Sequence record: DRR723986_5541
Direction: 5' to 3' (one strand)
DNA length: 47,384 bases
How positions within the stretch are numbered: the first letter of the stretch is position 1; each line of letters begins with the position of its first letter. A model generated the notes under the pieces. That model was not told the DNA's origin and ran no database searches. It worked only from the letters and a program-made list of their open reading frames with translations. Shown piece after piece: positions 28,801 through 35,579 of this stretch. The translations under genes were made by a program, and so were the position numbers.

Positions 28801-30422
28801 TTGAAATAAATGCAGAAAACACTGTTGCACATTCGATTGGCCGGATTCATGCCGCCGCCCTGGAACGCCGCGAATTCGAGTGGAATTCCGCCGGTGAGAT
28901 TCACGACTGGGTAGGCGCCGATCGCGGTGCCGGGTTGTTTGACAGTTTGCTGGTAGTCGAAAACTTCCCCGCAGGCCACTCCGAAGCTGAGAGTGCCGGC
29001 CTGGAACTCGGTGATTTCCAGGCGCGTGGCGCCCAAACCGCGCATCCCATAACACTGATGCTCGCAGAAAGTGATCGCCTGCATCTGCGCATGGTATTCC
29101 AGAACGCATGGCTGAACCAGGCGACCGCCGACCTGTTGCTGCAACAGCTGCAATGTGCATTAAAACTCCTGGTGCAATCCAGGGAACAGACTATTGCGGC
29201 GATTATCGCTGAAGTCCGCCAACTCGGAACGCCAGAATTACTTCAGCATCGAAGTCACACAGACTCTATCCCCAAGCAGGTGAGTCTTGCAAGCACAAGC
29301 GAACTCACAAAACCATCAAACCGCGATGAACAAGTGGTGTTTGAGATTTGGTCGGAGCTTCTGCAGCGCGACAATTTCAGTGTGACCGACAATTTCTTTG
29401 ATCTGGGCGGCAGCTCACTGCTTGCCGTGCGCATGATTCAGCGCTTAAATCAGGTGTGTAAGCGCAACATTGCACCTGCCGATCTACTGCGCGCCGGCAA
29501 CATTGTTAACATCGCTCAAATGTTGGCAAACGATGAGGAAAAAGTCTGGACGCCATTAGTTGCGTTGGCGGAGAATAGTGACAAGGCCGTAATGCTGCTC
29601 GTGCATCCGGCCGGTGGTAATGTGATGTGTTACCACGAACTCGCCAGGGCCCTCAGCGGGGAACTGAGCGTCTACGGTTTACAGGCGATGGGGCTGCGCG
29701 ACGGTCAAAACCCAATCGAATCGATAGCAGAGATGGCCGCGTTCTATCTGGATTCAGTTGAGGCTGAAATGGCTGGGCGCGATCTATTCATTGCCGGATG
29801 GTCCTTCGGCGGTGCCGTTGCCCAGGAAATGGCCGTGCAGGCCAGGCAGCGTTTACTGCCTTTGCGCCAGGTCTTTATCATCGATTCTTATCCGATGGCC
29901 GACAGTGACGAGGCCATGCCACGCGACGAAGCTGAACTCCTGGCCGCAATTGTTAAAGAACATTTTGACGTTGATCCGGATAATTTGCGCGCACATTCAG
30001 CCAATATGCTCGAATATCTTGTCGATAAAATGCATGCCGCCGGCGCGCTGGATGCAAATGTAGGGCATGCCGACGCACAGAGAATGATCGATGTGTTCCG
30101 GCGTAACACCAGCATGCAGCACAAACCGCAGCACTTTGACGGGACGATGATGATCCTGCGCGCCGCCGAACACCCTGCGCCATTCGATGGGGTGGAGCTG
30201 CTCCAGCGCTGGAATGGCCTGGCTAATTCTGTCAAAGATGCAGTCATCGGCGGCACGCACGACACGATTGTCTATGCGCCGCATGTGAATCGTATGGCCG
30301 ACGTCATTTTGGCGGAATGTCAGGAGCAGCGGCAGGGGAGCCGGCCAAAATCACGCATGCAAGGTGCGCCTGCGGGCCTGCCGCAATTCTCACCCAGTGA
30401 CAAACAAAAAGGTGAGCCCTGA
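16875..30422 (+). CDS. NRPS2: C(DCL)-A(Pro-like)-T-C-A(unassigned)-T-C-A(Ser)-T-E-C(DCL)-T-TE
   Basis: Four C motifs (HHIVLDG 17304, HHIAFDG 20514, HHIVADG 23781, HHHILVDG ~28320); three A cores; T motifs GGHSL, GGHSL, GGDSI, GGSSL; E HHLVVDGVSW/EGHGRD; TE GWSFG (29796); GTGA overlap with the NRPS1 stop. Confidence 0.95.
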   Translation: MSKGAAIEDIYQLAPMQEGMLFHSVYATGVEVYFQQAHGDMFGEFNRELFKQAWDDVIARHAVLRTAFYWENLDAPMQVVMREARMPWTELDWREVSAEKLEDDFQHFLREDRAEGFALGSAPLMRFALLRLTEDKYRFVWSFHHIVLDGWSTAIVLADVLEAYQARLAGRELDKKAPLPFKHYVEYVKQRDPNSAKAFWREYLNGVTAPSLVQMDRMESGAAVAEVRGEYIQSLGRELTDALSGSSRSLGTTVNAIVQAAWTLALAIETGRADVIFGATVSGRPANLERVEEIVGLLINTLPVRKQINWQLSAADLIRELSADHAVKDEYAQTPLSDIAACSDLGRGAELFDSLLVFENFPMLIEPDSQRDLQFDNFGGFERTNFALTILVIPGTELGLRWVYDGAALSHNTVERLAEFMQHILQAFTRNVNRPLLSLALTDASQTRALRTLSRGTTTKPSASNLIELFDNACREHADKTALVDSNTRLSYAEMQHLSNAMAQVLRANGVGLGDVVGIQLERSAVSAVVLSAVLRCGAAYLALDPVYPQERRTFMAQDADLKLLISASADSDVGSDLNSDVGSSELAELYKCEQLSLDELLAELEGERHSKVELPVFPGERTAAYLMYTSGSTGRPKGVVHEHAALINLIYWQVNDSEFSSGARSAQLASYSFDVSFQELFATWVSGGELHIVSEDVKRDPGLLLQQIASAQLERITLPYVGLRSLASHALEAKTAELQLREILTSGEQLVADAAIQEWVGSLGARLRNQYGPTESHVCTDYVLPRNVAEWSVLPPIGRPVNNCEVYILDANLRPLPRGFVGELYLAGRSLARGYVNRPGQTAERFVPNPLGRAGERMYRSGDLARWTADGNLEFVGRADAQVKIRGYRVEPGEIEQVLQACSGVRAAAVTLRGSGDEARLLAFVCCDSQVDPDLGRIRNQLAAVLPDYMLPSVYTVLENLPLTSSGKIDRRALQQIAPEGAGRALDRSVPRTPSEEVILGIWRSLLDNQTLGIHADFFDAGGHSLLATRLVARLRPIFQREIPVRLVFENPSVAALSAALAAIDKSDKLHEIPFRTADAALLLAPAQLRLWFIEILQGASPQYNLPAAVKLRGDLDQRALQTAVKHLVARHAVLRTRILNDAGSARPLLADAAEFEVDVQETSADIFHDADKLQERVAQIAWQPFSLDIDLPIRCSLLRASATEHVLVLVVHHIAFDGWSQSVLVREFSEIYGLLSRGETLPARKRKLDYHDLAAWWGSPDGEANLAEDLDYWREVFAAEVAVLQLPADKSRPEERKYNGATYNLEFDAETTAALHALAREQNSSLYMLLLAAYVWILARHANVKDVVVATPVANRRRTEFESIIGFFVNTLPLRFSVDFSSELSDLLQHVRTVTLEAFNHQDAPFDKIVEAVQSGRDLGSTPLAQTSFILQNTPEPVLELPGLQSEVVELAAPNVKHEIDMVFMELADAGADAIGTENGTRLIGAIDYDRDVFSADEIENLALRFRRALQLILRDRTLSLQTSELLSDVDNERLDVLRGNALPLPVVGSGESGFAAEGTADDILASSLEYFALHSPDSEALVSAAERLTYAQLNARVNQWAHLFVRQGVRPGDRIVLLLGNHFDYSILLSAALKCAASFVPVNVNSPDARLQLIVQECAPRLLVHADSNWESEVDCPVLSLEQAGHQLISMPETNPGIGAHAEQAAYCIFTSGSTGKPKGVEVPRQALKRTLHSFCSLTEIGPESRVLGYVAPGFDAVLLEALGPLMVGACICSAASISRVNPSDVQRDTSVLQPTHLHFAVALYATLLESGLQVDTSVTDVIVGGDVLHDAIAQLHHDRLPAVKLHNGYGPTETTIMVTQDYVKQLPVSLGKPLDFVGCYILDQSGQRQIPGVAGELFIGGPALAQGYLNNPRQTASVFLPDPWATEPGSRMYRTGDIVRLRQGDKLEFHGRSDNQVKVRGVRVEPGELENTLMSHPLVARAQVTVRRDEAEAGSENSLHVFCTLQAGSKAESAINVKELNSFLAARLPEYLQPTTLNILDEFPLTTNAKIDVKALNRLIVLDKQAEEFVAPLPGLETDVAAVWSALLDNAKIGRHDDFFRRGGHSLLAVRAGARLAETLGIEPPVQMIFRHPTLSRYAAALAEVSATGSLEPQEQGLELLPREHPAERPLSFAQERLWFLDQLEGGGRVYLMPMMLRLRGTLTVSDLSAALNKLVQRHEQLRSMFPAINGQARQVPVEASRLEVGRIERDEEYTLQEQLEAEALREVEQDFDLQSQLPIRARLLDIAADDKVLIVTLHHIVADGWSMGILADELGAILRGEDLQALDISYADFAAWQRDEARLKRDEAQLDYWRTALADAPEALDLPTDRPRPAQASHRGAVYNWELDAETTAILKQQCAAQGMTLSMSLSGLWAVLLARFCGTDDISIGMPVANRRPAVTEKIVGLYLNTVVLRVRPEPLTSLHEVLEQVRESSLAALANQDVPFERVVEAVQPSRSLSRTPLFQVMFVMHNMPSGALERQGLKIESLEMPVSGARFDLTLTCRETESGIACSVEYALDLFGEDSVRRLAELYSGLIASVQREQHTPVAALPLNNYSSRHAEVITPPAARFRGGVHVFFEAWAQRDGDKPAIRFEGKTYRFAQVNALANSVARALNEQGAGPEQVIGICAERSPEMIAALFGILKTGAAFLPLEPSLPAERLAGMIADANANLVLCDAVGELVLKPVECRKMPLLSIKPQEFDSTNFPTPLLGRDSAAYVVFTSGSTGRPKGALNTHGALWNRLAWMEEYLDMGPLDRVLHKTPISFDVSVWELILPLCTGGLQVIARPEGHRDAAYLASLIQSEGVTILHFVPPMLRVFLEEASAEQLSQVRHIICSGEALSPDLVELTHRSCVAEVHNLYGPTEAAIDVSAWRTTLASERSVPIGHAIDGVELLVLDAFMQPLPPGVPGELYIGGVALARCYAGKSAQTAEAFVPHPYADGARLYRTGDIARRRPDGAIEFVGRRDHQIKLRGFRIELGEIEQQSQKLHWVRNSVAVVRERAVYLFAEAEATHQGTQDAELLMEHLRRILPEYMLPQEIVLMAQMPLTPNGKIDRRRLPAIRKPDDELTYVAPRSAHEALLADIWADVLGRKRVGIHDNYFALGGDSILSIQILARARTAGLHLTVRDVFERQTIAELAVMAGRGGIVQAEQGSVTGRAPLTAIQEWMFAQDLQNPNHFNQSLMFQVPVDFDAERAYLILNRLAEHHDALRTQFVKHDATWEQVWNAESNVPIVWKSAQILSADPAVQVERLEKHCAQLQAAFDLKNGPVFGGAYFKMAGSAPGRFLILAHHLVVDGVSWRILLEDFVQLYRSPGSLTGVELPSKSTAYRDWARAQQQWANQDLPQSVQAEWQAWLRRKGGRLPLLPEMQAAANPDSVNTNLAAEEVNLVVVPELARALTETVASIRGCSTDEILLAAIARVLTRLAAAEHVRIDVEGHGRDTNITSMDLSRTVGWFTTILPLLVTPDVGGNVLHDLKAIKQALRGAPHGAAAYGALRYVNKDNSVRESMQACPPADLLYNNHGNVRSGSDEFLKPAGERGGPMYAPENQRSHRLEINAITQDGQLAIVLRYAAALYDAELIDALCSGIRDELAALLAQLRTVKSPIQTPSDFPLFTMSQTELDAVTDGRFVQDILPITAAQRGMLVESISVADRNLHVEQHVYSLTSMRDPQQLKDVWQRTLLRHESLRAAFVWSPTLGPMQLIEHDVRLPWRRVVLLTNDPADRDEERRRLIENELAQPFNLERAPLMRLLYIDEGEGRASLVWTHHHILVDGWSVGLVLRELLAGIGQETTTISRPAPLRSYMQWLTTRDREAAQAWWQNNCKNVKFPTPLGQAAQAPATIAPDTGFGHFDRAWSVHESEMLRAAAREARTTSTTYLHAAWALVLAANSGRQYVAFGATVSGRPADLPGTEEMTGMFINTLPVVIEINAENTVAHSIGRIHAAALERREFEWNSAGEIHDWVGADRGAGLFDSLLVVENFPAGHSEAESAGLELGDFQARGAQTAHPITLMLAESDRLHLRMVFQNAWLNQATADLLLQQLQCALKLLVQSREQTIAAIIAEVRQLGTPELLQHRSHTDSIPKQVSLASTSELTKPSNRDEQVVFEIWSELLQRDNFSVTDNFFDLGGSSLLAVRMIQRLNQVCKRNIAPADLLRAGNIVNIAQMLANDEEKVWTPLVALAENSDKAVMLLVHPAGGNVMCYHELARALSGELSVYGLQAMGLRDGQNPIESIAEMAAFYLDSVEAEMAGRDLFIAGWSFGGAVAQEMAVQARQRLLPLRQVFIIDSYPMADSDEAMPRDEAELLAAIVKEHFDVDPDNLRAHSANMLEYLVDKMHAAGALDANVGHADAQRMIDVFRRNTSMQHKPQHFDGTMMILRAAEHPAPFDGVELLQRWNGLANSVKDAVIGGTHDTIVYAPHVNRMADVILAECQEQRQGSRPKSRMQGAPAGLPQFSPSDKQKGEP
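18586..18626 (+). repeat. 17-bp direct duplication with 24-bp period inside an A-domain loop
   Basis: ACAGTGACGTGGGCAGT at 18586 and 18610, encoding SDVGSDLNSDVGS. Confidence 0.9.
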
Positions 30423-30496
30423 AAGTAAACCCTGAAAGTAAGTCCTGAAGGTAAGCCCCGAAGGTAAACCCCGAAATTAAGCTGAAGGTAAGCCCT
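30408..30496. repeat. 13-bp tandem repeat, 7 degenerate copies, consensus GAA(A/G)GTAA(A/G)CCC(T/C)
   Basis: AAAGGTGAGCCCT|GAAAGTAAACCCT|GAAAGTAAGTCCT|GAAGGTAAGCCCC|GAAGGTAAACCCC|GAAATTAAGCT|GAAGGTAAGCCCT; spans the NRPS2 stop codon. Confidence 0.92.
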
Positions 30497-30731
30497 GTCA
30501 GATGAATTTTGTGTGCGCAAGTCTGCCAATGTTGCGGACACAAAGCAAAAAGTTAAACATATTTGTGTGGTTAAATCCACCGAATGAAGTTCCGCTGAAA
30601 CTGTATTGAAGCAGCCCGTGTGACGCTCAACTGCCATTTTTTTCGCAAATTGCAGCTTAGCGTTACCGTTTTTCTCCGGAACAAACAATCGACCATGTCA
30701 AATTTCACTTCAATCGAAATGGTGCCAGCGT

Positions 30732-30953
30732 ATGTGGGATGATGAAAACGCAATTTTTCATGTGGTAGTTAACAAAGAAGAGCAATACTCAATTTGGCCT
30801 GAAGACCGCGACCTTCCGCTTGGATGGAGCAAAATCGGCTTTAAGGGTACCAAACAGGAATGCCTGGACCATATCGATGAAATCTGGACCGATATGCGCC
30901 CTTTGAGCCTCCGCAAAAAAATGGAAGAAGACGCGCGCAAGGCCACTGACTAG
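30732..30953 (+). CDS. mbtH: MbtH-like NRPS accessory protein
   Basis: VVVNKEEQYSIWP...PLGW...CLDHIDEIWTDMRPLSL with the three conserved Trp. Confidence 0.97.
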   Translation: MWDDENAIFHVVVNKEEQYSIWPEDRDLPLGWSKIGFKGTKQECLDHIDEIWTDMRPLSLRKKMEEDARKATD

Positions 30954-31043
30954 GCGTCGAAACACTTGCCGGAGATGGTTTCCGCTCTCCGGCGGCTCCC
31001 AAACCAGCTATAAGTTTCCCGATCAGTAGCGCTCCAAACTTCT

Positions 31044-31739
31044 ATGCAGATAGTTTTTTTGCCCTTTGCCGGTGGCAGCAGCTTTTCATACAACGTCCTG
31101 CGCGAGCACCTTTCCGGTGTTGATTCGCTGCTCATGCTTGAGCCGCCCGGCCGCGGACGTCGCCTGCGTTCCCCCTTGTTGCGCAACTTTGATGCAATTG
31201 TCGATGACATTGTGACGCAGATGCAGGACAAGCTGGAGGAAGGCTACACGCTGTTTGGCCACAGCATGGGGGCGCTCCTGGTCCGCGAAGTTGTCCATGA
31301 GTTACGCAAACGCTCTATGCCTTTGCCAGTTCACATGGTTTGCACGGGATGTGAAGCTCCCTGCCATTCGCCGAAGGGGCGCAACTATCACGAGCTATCG
31401 CGCGCTGAATTGATTGAAGTTTTGCGCAACTTTGGCGGCAGCCAGGGTGAAATTCTGGATCATGCTGAGTTGATGGAAATGCTGGAACCCGTGTTTCGCG
31501 CCGACTTCGAAGCTGTTGAAACTTATCGCTACGTTGAGCGGCCGCCGCTTGACATTCCGCTGACCGTTATGATAGGATCAGAGGAAGACATAATCCCGGA
31601 AGAGGCGCAAGCCTGGAGCCGTGAATCAAATCTTATGCGTCCACTCATTACGCTTGCGGGTGGACACTTCTTTCTTTTTGAACAGGCTTCCGAGTTTGTG
31701 AAGCACCTGTTGATTTTTGCACAGACCCCACGGCTCTAG
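31044..31739 (+). CDS. Type II (editing) thioesterase
   Basis: LPFAGGS, PGRGRR, FGHSMGA nucleophile elbow, RADF, GGHFF. Confidence 0.93.
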   Translation: MQIVFLPFAGGSSFSYNVLREHLSGVDSLLMLEPPGRGRRLRSPLLRNFDAIVDDIVTQMQDKLEEGYTLFGHSMGALLVREVVHELRKRSMPLPVHMVCTGCEAPCHSPKGRNYHELSRAELIEVLRNFGGSQGEILDHAELMEMLEPVFRADFEAVETYRYVERPPLDIPLTVMIGSEEDIIPEEAQAWSRESNLMRPLITLAGGHFFLFEQASEFVKHLLIFAQTPRL

Positions 31740-31741
31740 AA

Positions 31742-33367
31742 ATGATGACCCTGATTGACCTGCTCAAGAAAGAGTCAACAACATCCAATCGGACCATTCT
31801 GATAATGGCCGGGCTTTCTGGTATCGCAAATGCTGGAATCCTTGCCATCATTAACTCGGCCGCCGCAGAAGCCAATCACGAAGACTCCAATTTTCGCTTG
31901 ATGATGCTCTTCCTGCTTGCGCTCAGTACATTCATCTATACGCAGCGATTTATCTTTCGTGAGACCTCGTCAATTATCGAAGGCATCATCGATCAGATTC
32001 GCCTGCGGATAGCCAATAAAATTCGGCAGTCCAACCTGCTGACAATCGAAGCTCTGGGCCGTTCGGAAATTTACAGCCGTCTGACGCAGGGGACTACAAC
32101 CATCTCGCAGTCCGGCATGGCGATTATCGCCTCCGTGCAGTCGCTCATGATGGTTATCTTCGCAGTCTTTTACATTGCAACTCTCTCATTCCCGGCGTTT
32201 TTCCTGACGATCGGCATGATCGTCGGTGGTGTTTACATCTACCTGATTTACGATAAGAAAATCGTGGCCAACATCCTGCGCACCACGCGTAAGGAAGTTG
32301 AGTTTTTCACCGTAGTCACACACACGCTGGACGGATTTAAAGAGAGTAAAATGAATGCGCGCCGCGCCAGTGACCTGGAAGACCATACCAACGCTACCTC
32401 CAAAGAGCTGCGTGGATTAAAGGTCGTGACCTCCGGACTGTTTACGAACAACTACATCTTTGCACAGAGCTTCTTTTATGTGCTCCTGGCCGCCATCGTA
32501 TTTGTTCTGCCGCGCCTGATTGAAACCTACTCGGAAGATATTACCGAAATAACCTCAGCAATCCTTTTCATTATTGGACCGCTCTCAACCGTGGTGGCCG
32601 GAATCCCTGCGTACACAAACGCAAATACCGCTGCGATGGACATTGCCATGCTGGAGGGTGTGCTCGACCAGCATGAATCCGATGTGCCGGTAACGCCGAA
32701 TCAAACCGCTTTTGCAAATCGATTTGAAGAAGTGCGCCTGCACGGTATTGAGTTCAGTTATCGGGACGCTTATGGCAAACCGCTCTTTGGCGTCGGGCCC
32801 ATAGACCTGCAGCTGATCGGCGGGGAAGTCACATTTGTCGTCGGGGGGAACGGTAGCGGAAAGTCTACCTTCCTCAAACTGCTTACCAGCCTCTACAGGC
32901 CGGACCGCGGTACCGTTTCTGTTGACGGCCGTGCCGTCAATGAAGACAGCATCCAGGCCTTCCGCGAGATGTTTTCCGTAATCTTCGCTGAGTTCCACCT
33001 CTTTGATCGCCTCTACGGCCTCAAGGATATCGACGAGCGCCGCGTACAGGAACTCCTCAAGCAGTTTGAAATCGATGATAAAACCAGCTATGAAAATGGC
33101 CGGTTTACACATATCGATCTTTCAACCGGACAGCGCAAGCGCCTGGCAATGGTTGTTGCCCTTCTTGAAGACCGACCAATCTACGTCTTTGATGAGTGGG
33201 CCGCTGAGCAGGACCCCGAATTCCGACGTTATTTTTACGAAGAATTGCTGCAGGAACTTAAACTGCGTGGTAAAACCGTCGTGGCCGTAACCCACGATGA
33301 TCACTATTTCGCGAATGCCGATAAAGTCGTTAAAATGGACTACGGCAGAATTGTTCAATATCAATAA
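31742..33367 (+). CDS. Cyclic peptide export ABC transporter (PvdE/SyrD/YojI family), fused permease-ATPase
   Basis: About six hydrophobic segments; GFKE motif; Walker A GGNGSGKST; signature LSTGQRKR; FDEWAAEQDPEFRRYFY; VTHDD. Confidence 0.93.
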   Translation: MMTLIDLLKKESTTSNRTILIMAGLSGIANAGILAIINSAAAEANHEDSNFRLMMLFLLALSTFIYTQRFIFRETSSIIEGIIDQIRLRIANKIRQSNLLTIEALGRSEIYSRLTQGTTTISQSGMAIIASVQSLMMVIFAVFYIATLSFPAFFLTIGMIVGGVYIYLIYDKKIVANILRTTRKEVEFFTVVTHTLDGFKESKMNARRASDLEDHTNATSKELRGLKVVTSGLFTNNYIFAQSFFYVLLAAIVFVLPRLIETYSEDITEITSAILFIIGPLSTVVAGIPAYTNANTAAMDIAMLEGVLDQHESDVPVTPNQTAFANRFEEVRLHGIEFSYRDAYGKPLFGVGPIDLQLIGGEVTFVVGGNGSGKSTFLKLLTSLYRPDRGTVSVDGRAVNEDSIQAFREMFSVIFAEFHLFDRLYGLKDIDERRVQELLKQFEIDDKTSYENGRFTHIDLSTGQRKRLAMVVALLEDRPIYVFDEWAAEQDPEFRRYFYEELLQELKLRGKTVVAVTHDDHYFANADKVVKMDYGRIVQYQ

Positions 33368-33427
33368 GATGCGCATGTTGAACGAGCAGCACAGGCATAC
33401 AGGCTCCAAACTCCAGGACGTTTTGAT

Positions 33428-34342
33428 ATGAAAGCGGAATTTGATGCCGATAAAACCAGCAAGCCGGATTCAGGTGCAAAGCCCGAATCTCCTGAGGCAG
33501 CACCGCGGCTCGGCAGTCGCTTCATGCGCTGGTACGAAGCCAATAAAACCTGGATTGTGGTCGGCGCGCTGATCATCGCATTTTTTGTGGCCTACTTCTG
33601 GGAAAGCATCTTCTATTCACTGGAACCAGGTGAAAAAGGTGTGCGCTGGGATCGTTTTGTCGGTACGGACCTTAACTACGTCTACCTGGAAGGGCTGCAC
33701 GCCATCTTCCCGTGGGACAAAATGTACATCTATGACACGCGCATCCACGAATCTAAAGACACCGTGGAACTGCTTTCGCGGGACGGTCTGCCAATAGATA
33801 TTACCTTTTCGATGCGCTACAAGCCGCAGGATACGCTCCTACCCAAACTGCATCAACGCGTGGGACCGAACTACTGCGAAAAAGTCGTACGCCCCTCAGT
33901 CATTGAGGCCATGCGTATGGTTATCGGTAATTACACCGTTCAGGAAGTATTCTCTTCCGATGAACGCGGCCTGCTCGACGAAATCGACCACGTTCTGAAA
34001 GGTGAAATGCTGGACTACCCCGAAATCGTGATCGACGAAGTCCTCCTGCAGGAACTTAAATTGCCGCGTGTTATCGAAGCTGCGATTCAGGACAAGCTGG
34101 AGCAGGAGCAGCGTCAGCAAGCCTATCGCTTCAAAATCATGCGCGAGCGCGAAGAAAAAGAACGTAAAATTATCGAGGCCAAAGGGATCGCCGAATTCGA
34201 AGAACTCTCCGGCATCTCAGCCATCAAATGGCGCGCACTCGATGTGACCGAAGAGCTGGCGAATTCGCCCAACGCCAAAATTATCGTCGTCGGTACGGAT
34301 GACAATGAACTACCAGTGCTGCTCAATGCCGGTCAGCCTTAA
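33428..34342 (+). CDS. SPFH/Band 7 (prohibitin-family) membrane protein
   Basis: Single N-terminal TM (IVVGALIIAFFVAYFW); PGEKGV, EGLHAIFPW, SRDGL; coiled-coil IEAAIQDKLEQEQ...IEAKGIA; SPNAKIIV tail. Confidence 0.88.
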   Translation: MKAEFDADKTSKPDSGAKPESPEAAPRLGSRFMRWYEANKTWIVVGALIIAFFVAYFWESIFYSLEPGEKGVRWDRFVGTDLNYVYLEGLHAIFPWDKMYIYDTRIHESKDTVELLSRDGLPIDITFSMRYKPQDTLLPKLHQRVGPNYCEKVVRPSVIEAMRMVIGNYTVQEVFSSDERGLLDEIDHVLKGEMLDYPEIVIDEVLLQELKLPRVIEAAIQDKLEQEQRQQAYRFKIMREREEKERKIIEAKGIAEFEELSGISAIKWRALDVTEELANSPNAKIIVVGTDDNELPVLLNAGQP

Positions 34343-34359
34343 CTCTGGAGTGCGCCGGT

Positions 34360-35139
34360 GTGATTGAAGATGCATCATCCGGCTCCAGGCTGGATTTCGT
34401 GGCGCTGGATCTGCAGCACTGCCGCCAGATTTTGGACGCCAAGGGTTATCCGCCCGGTGTTGATCCCGCGCGTCACGCGGCTATCCAAAAGTTTGTGCGT
34501 CCGGTTGATCAGTTGCGCGCCTGGGCCGGTGAAATCTGCGCGCGTTTCCTGCTGATTAACACTTTACACTGCGCGCCGCAGGATGTCCAAATCGTGCGCG
34601 ACCGCTTTAACAAGCCCTGCCTGCAGCATGGTGCAGGCGACGCCCCCGAGTTTAACATCTCACATTCCGGTGACTGGGCCGTTGCGGTTTGTTCCGACCG
34701 CAACATTGGTGTTGACATCGAACAACATCAGGCAGTCGACTGGGCCGTTTGCCGCATCTGTTTTACACCGGCAGAACGCGCTTTACTCGAAAACTGTGCT
34801 GACGAATCTGAAAAATCGCAGCTGTTCTTTCGGCTCTGGACCCTAAAAGAAGCGTACATCAAAGCGCGCGGCATGGGCATGCAAATCGATTTGCAAAGTT
34901 TTGCCATGCGGCCACAGGGGAAGCTCTGGCATGTTGATGTATCTACGGCAGCTGACAAACAAGTTTGGCAACTGTTCACGCCCGAATTCCGCAGAGGTTA
35001 TTCGCTGGCGGTATGCCGGGCTGGTGAATCCAGTGTTCCATTGAATGTTGAATCCCATCCTGGCACAAGCCATTTTGGTGTTCCGCACAATTTGAGCGCA
35101 AATATTCAGCAGTTGATTGACGTTGTTTATACGCTCTGA
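34360..35139 (+). CDS. Sfp-type 4'-phosphopantetheinyl transferase
   Basis: NKP, FNISHSG, IGVDIE, FFRLWTLKEAYIKARGMG motifs; GGAG RBS before GTG. Confidence 0.93.
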   Translation: MIEDASSGSRLDFVALDLQHCRQILDAKGYPPGVDPARHAAIQKFVRPVDQLRAWAGEICARFLLINTLHCAPQDVQIVRDRFNKPCLQHGAGDAPEFNISHSGDWAVAVCSDRNIGVDIEQHQAVDWAVCRICFTPAERALLENCADESEKSQLFFRLWTLKEAYIKARGMGMQIDLQSFAMRPQGKLWHVDVSTAADKQVWQLFTPEFRRGYSLAVCRAGESSVPLNVESHPGTSHFGVPHNLSANIQQLIDVVYTL

Positions 35140-35399
35140 GCCAAAAAACTGTTTGAAATTGCGTTGTAATCGCGTATTTTAGTCCGTGCCCGGCGTGGTA
35201 CGTGCACCTGAACCCGCTGAGCCGAGCCGTAAACCTCGATTGCGCGTTAGTGTGCATCGCCGTTTGCATGGACTATTTACAAGGCTCGTTATCATGGCCC
35301 ATTTTCGTGACCCATTTACATGGCAAATGGTTGCCACGCGAACTCAAGCTCTGCTGAGCCGCTAACAGCACTGTAGACTGCATTGCAGGAATTTTTCAT

Positions 35400-35579
35400 A
35401 TGCCAATCATCATTGCTTACATTATCCTCTGCGTTATCTGCGGCTATCTGGCCCGTCATAAAACAGTAGGGTTTTGGGGGTTTCTGATTCTTTCGCTGGT
35501 CCTGACTCCGCTTGTAAGTATTGCTGTGCTGGTACTTGGCATGGACCGCGAAGTGCGTGAAGTACAAGTCAAATCTTGA
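35400..35579 (+). CDS. Small 59-aa two-helix membrane protein (absent from the ORF track)
   Basis: Manual translation MPIIIAYIILCVICGYLARHKTVGFWGFLILSLVLTPLVSIAVLVLGMDREVREVQVKS*; CAGGA RBS at 35386-35390; two hydrophobic segments with a basic loop. Confidence 0.8.
   Translation: MPIIIAYIILCVICGYLARHKTVGFWGFLILSLVLTPLVSIAVLVLGMDREVREVQVKS

Noticed and set aside
7945-30422. Siderophore (pyoverdine-like) assignment from the PvdE-type exporter
   Set aside because: No Orn/Lys/Asp/Dab-type A codes, N-hydroxylase, TonB receptor or clear Fur box in the window
30408-30496. CRISPR array or coding repeat
   Set aside because: 13-bp period, no spacers, not a multiple of 3
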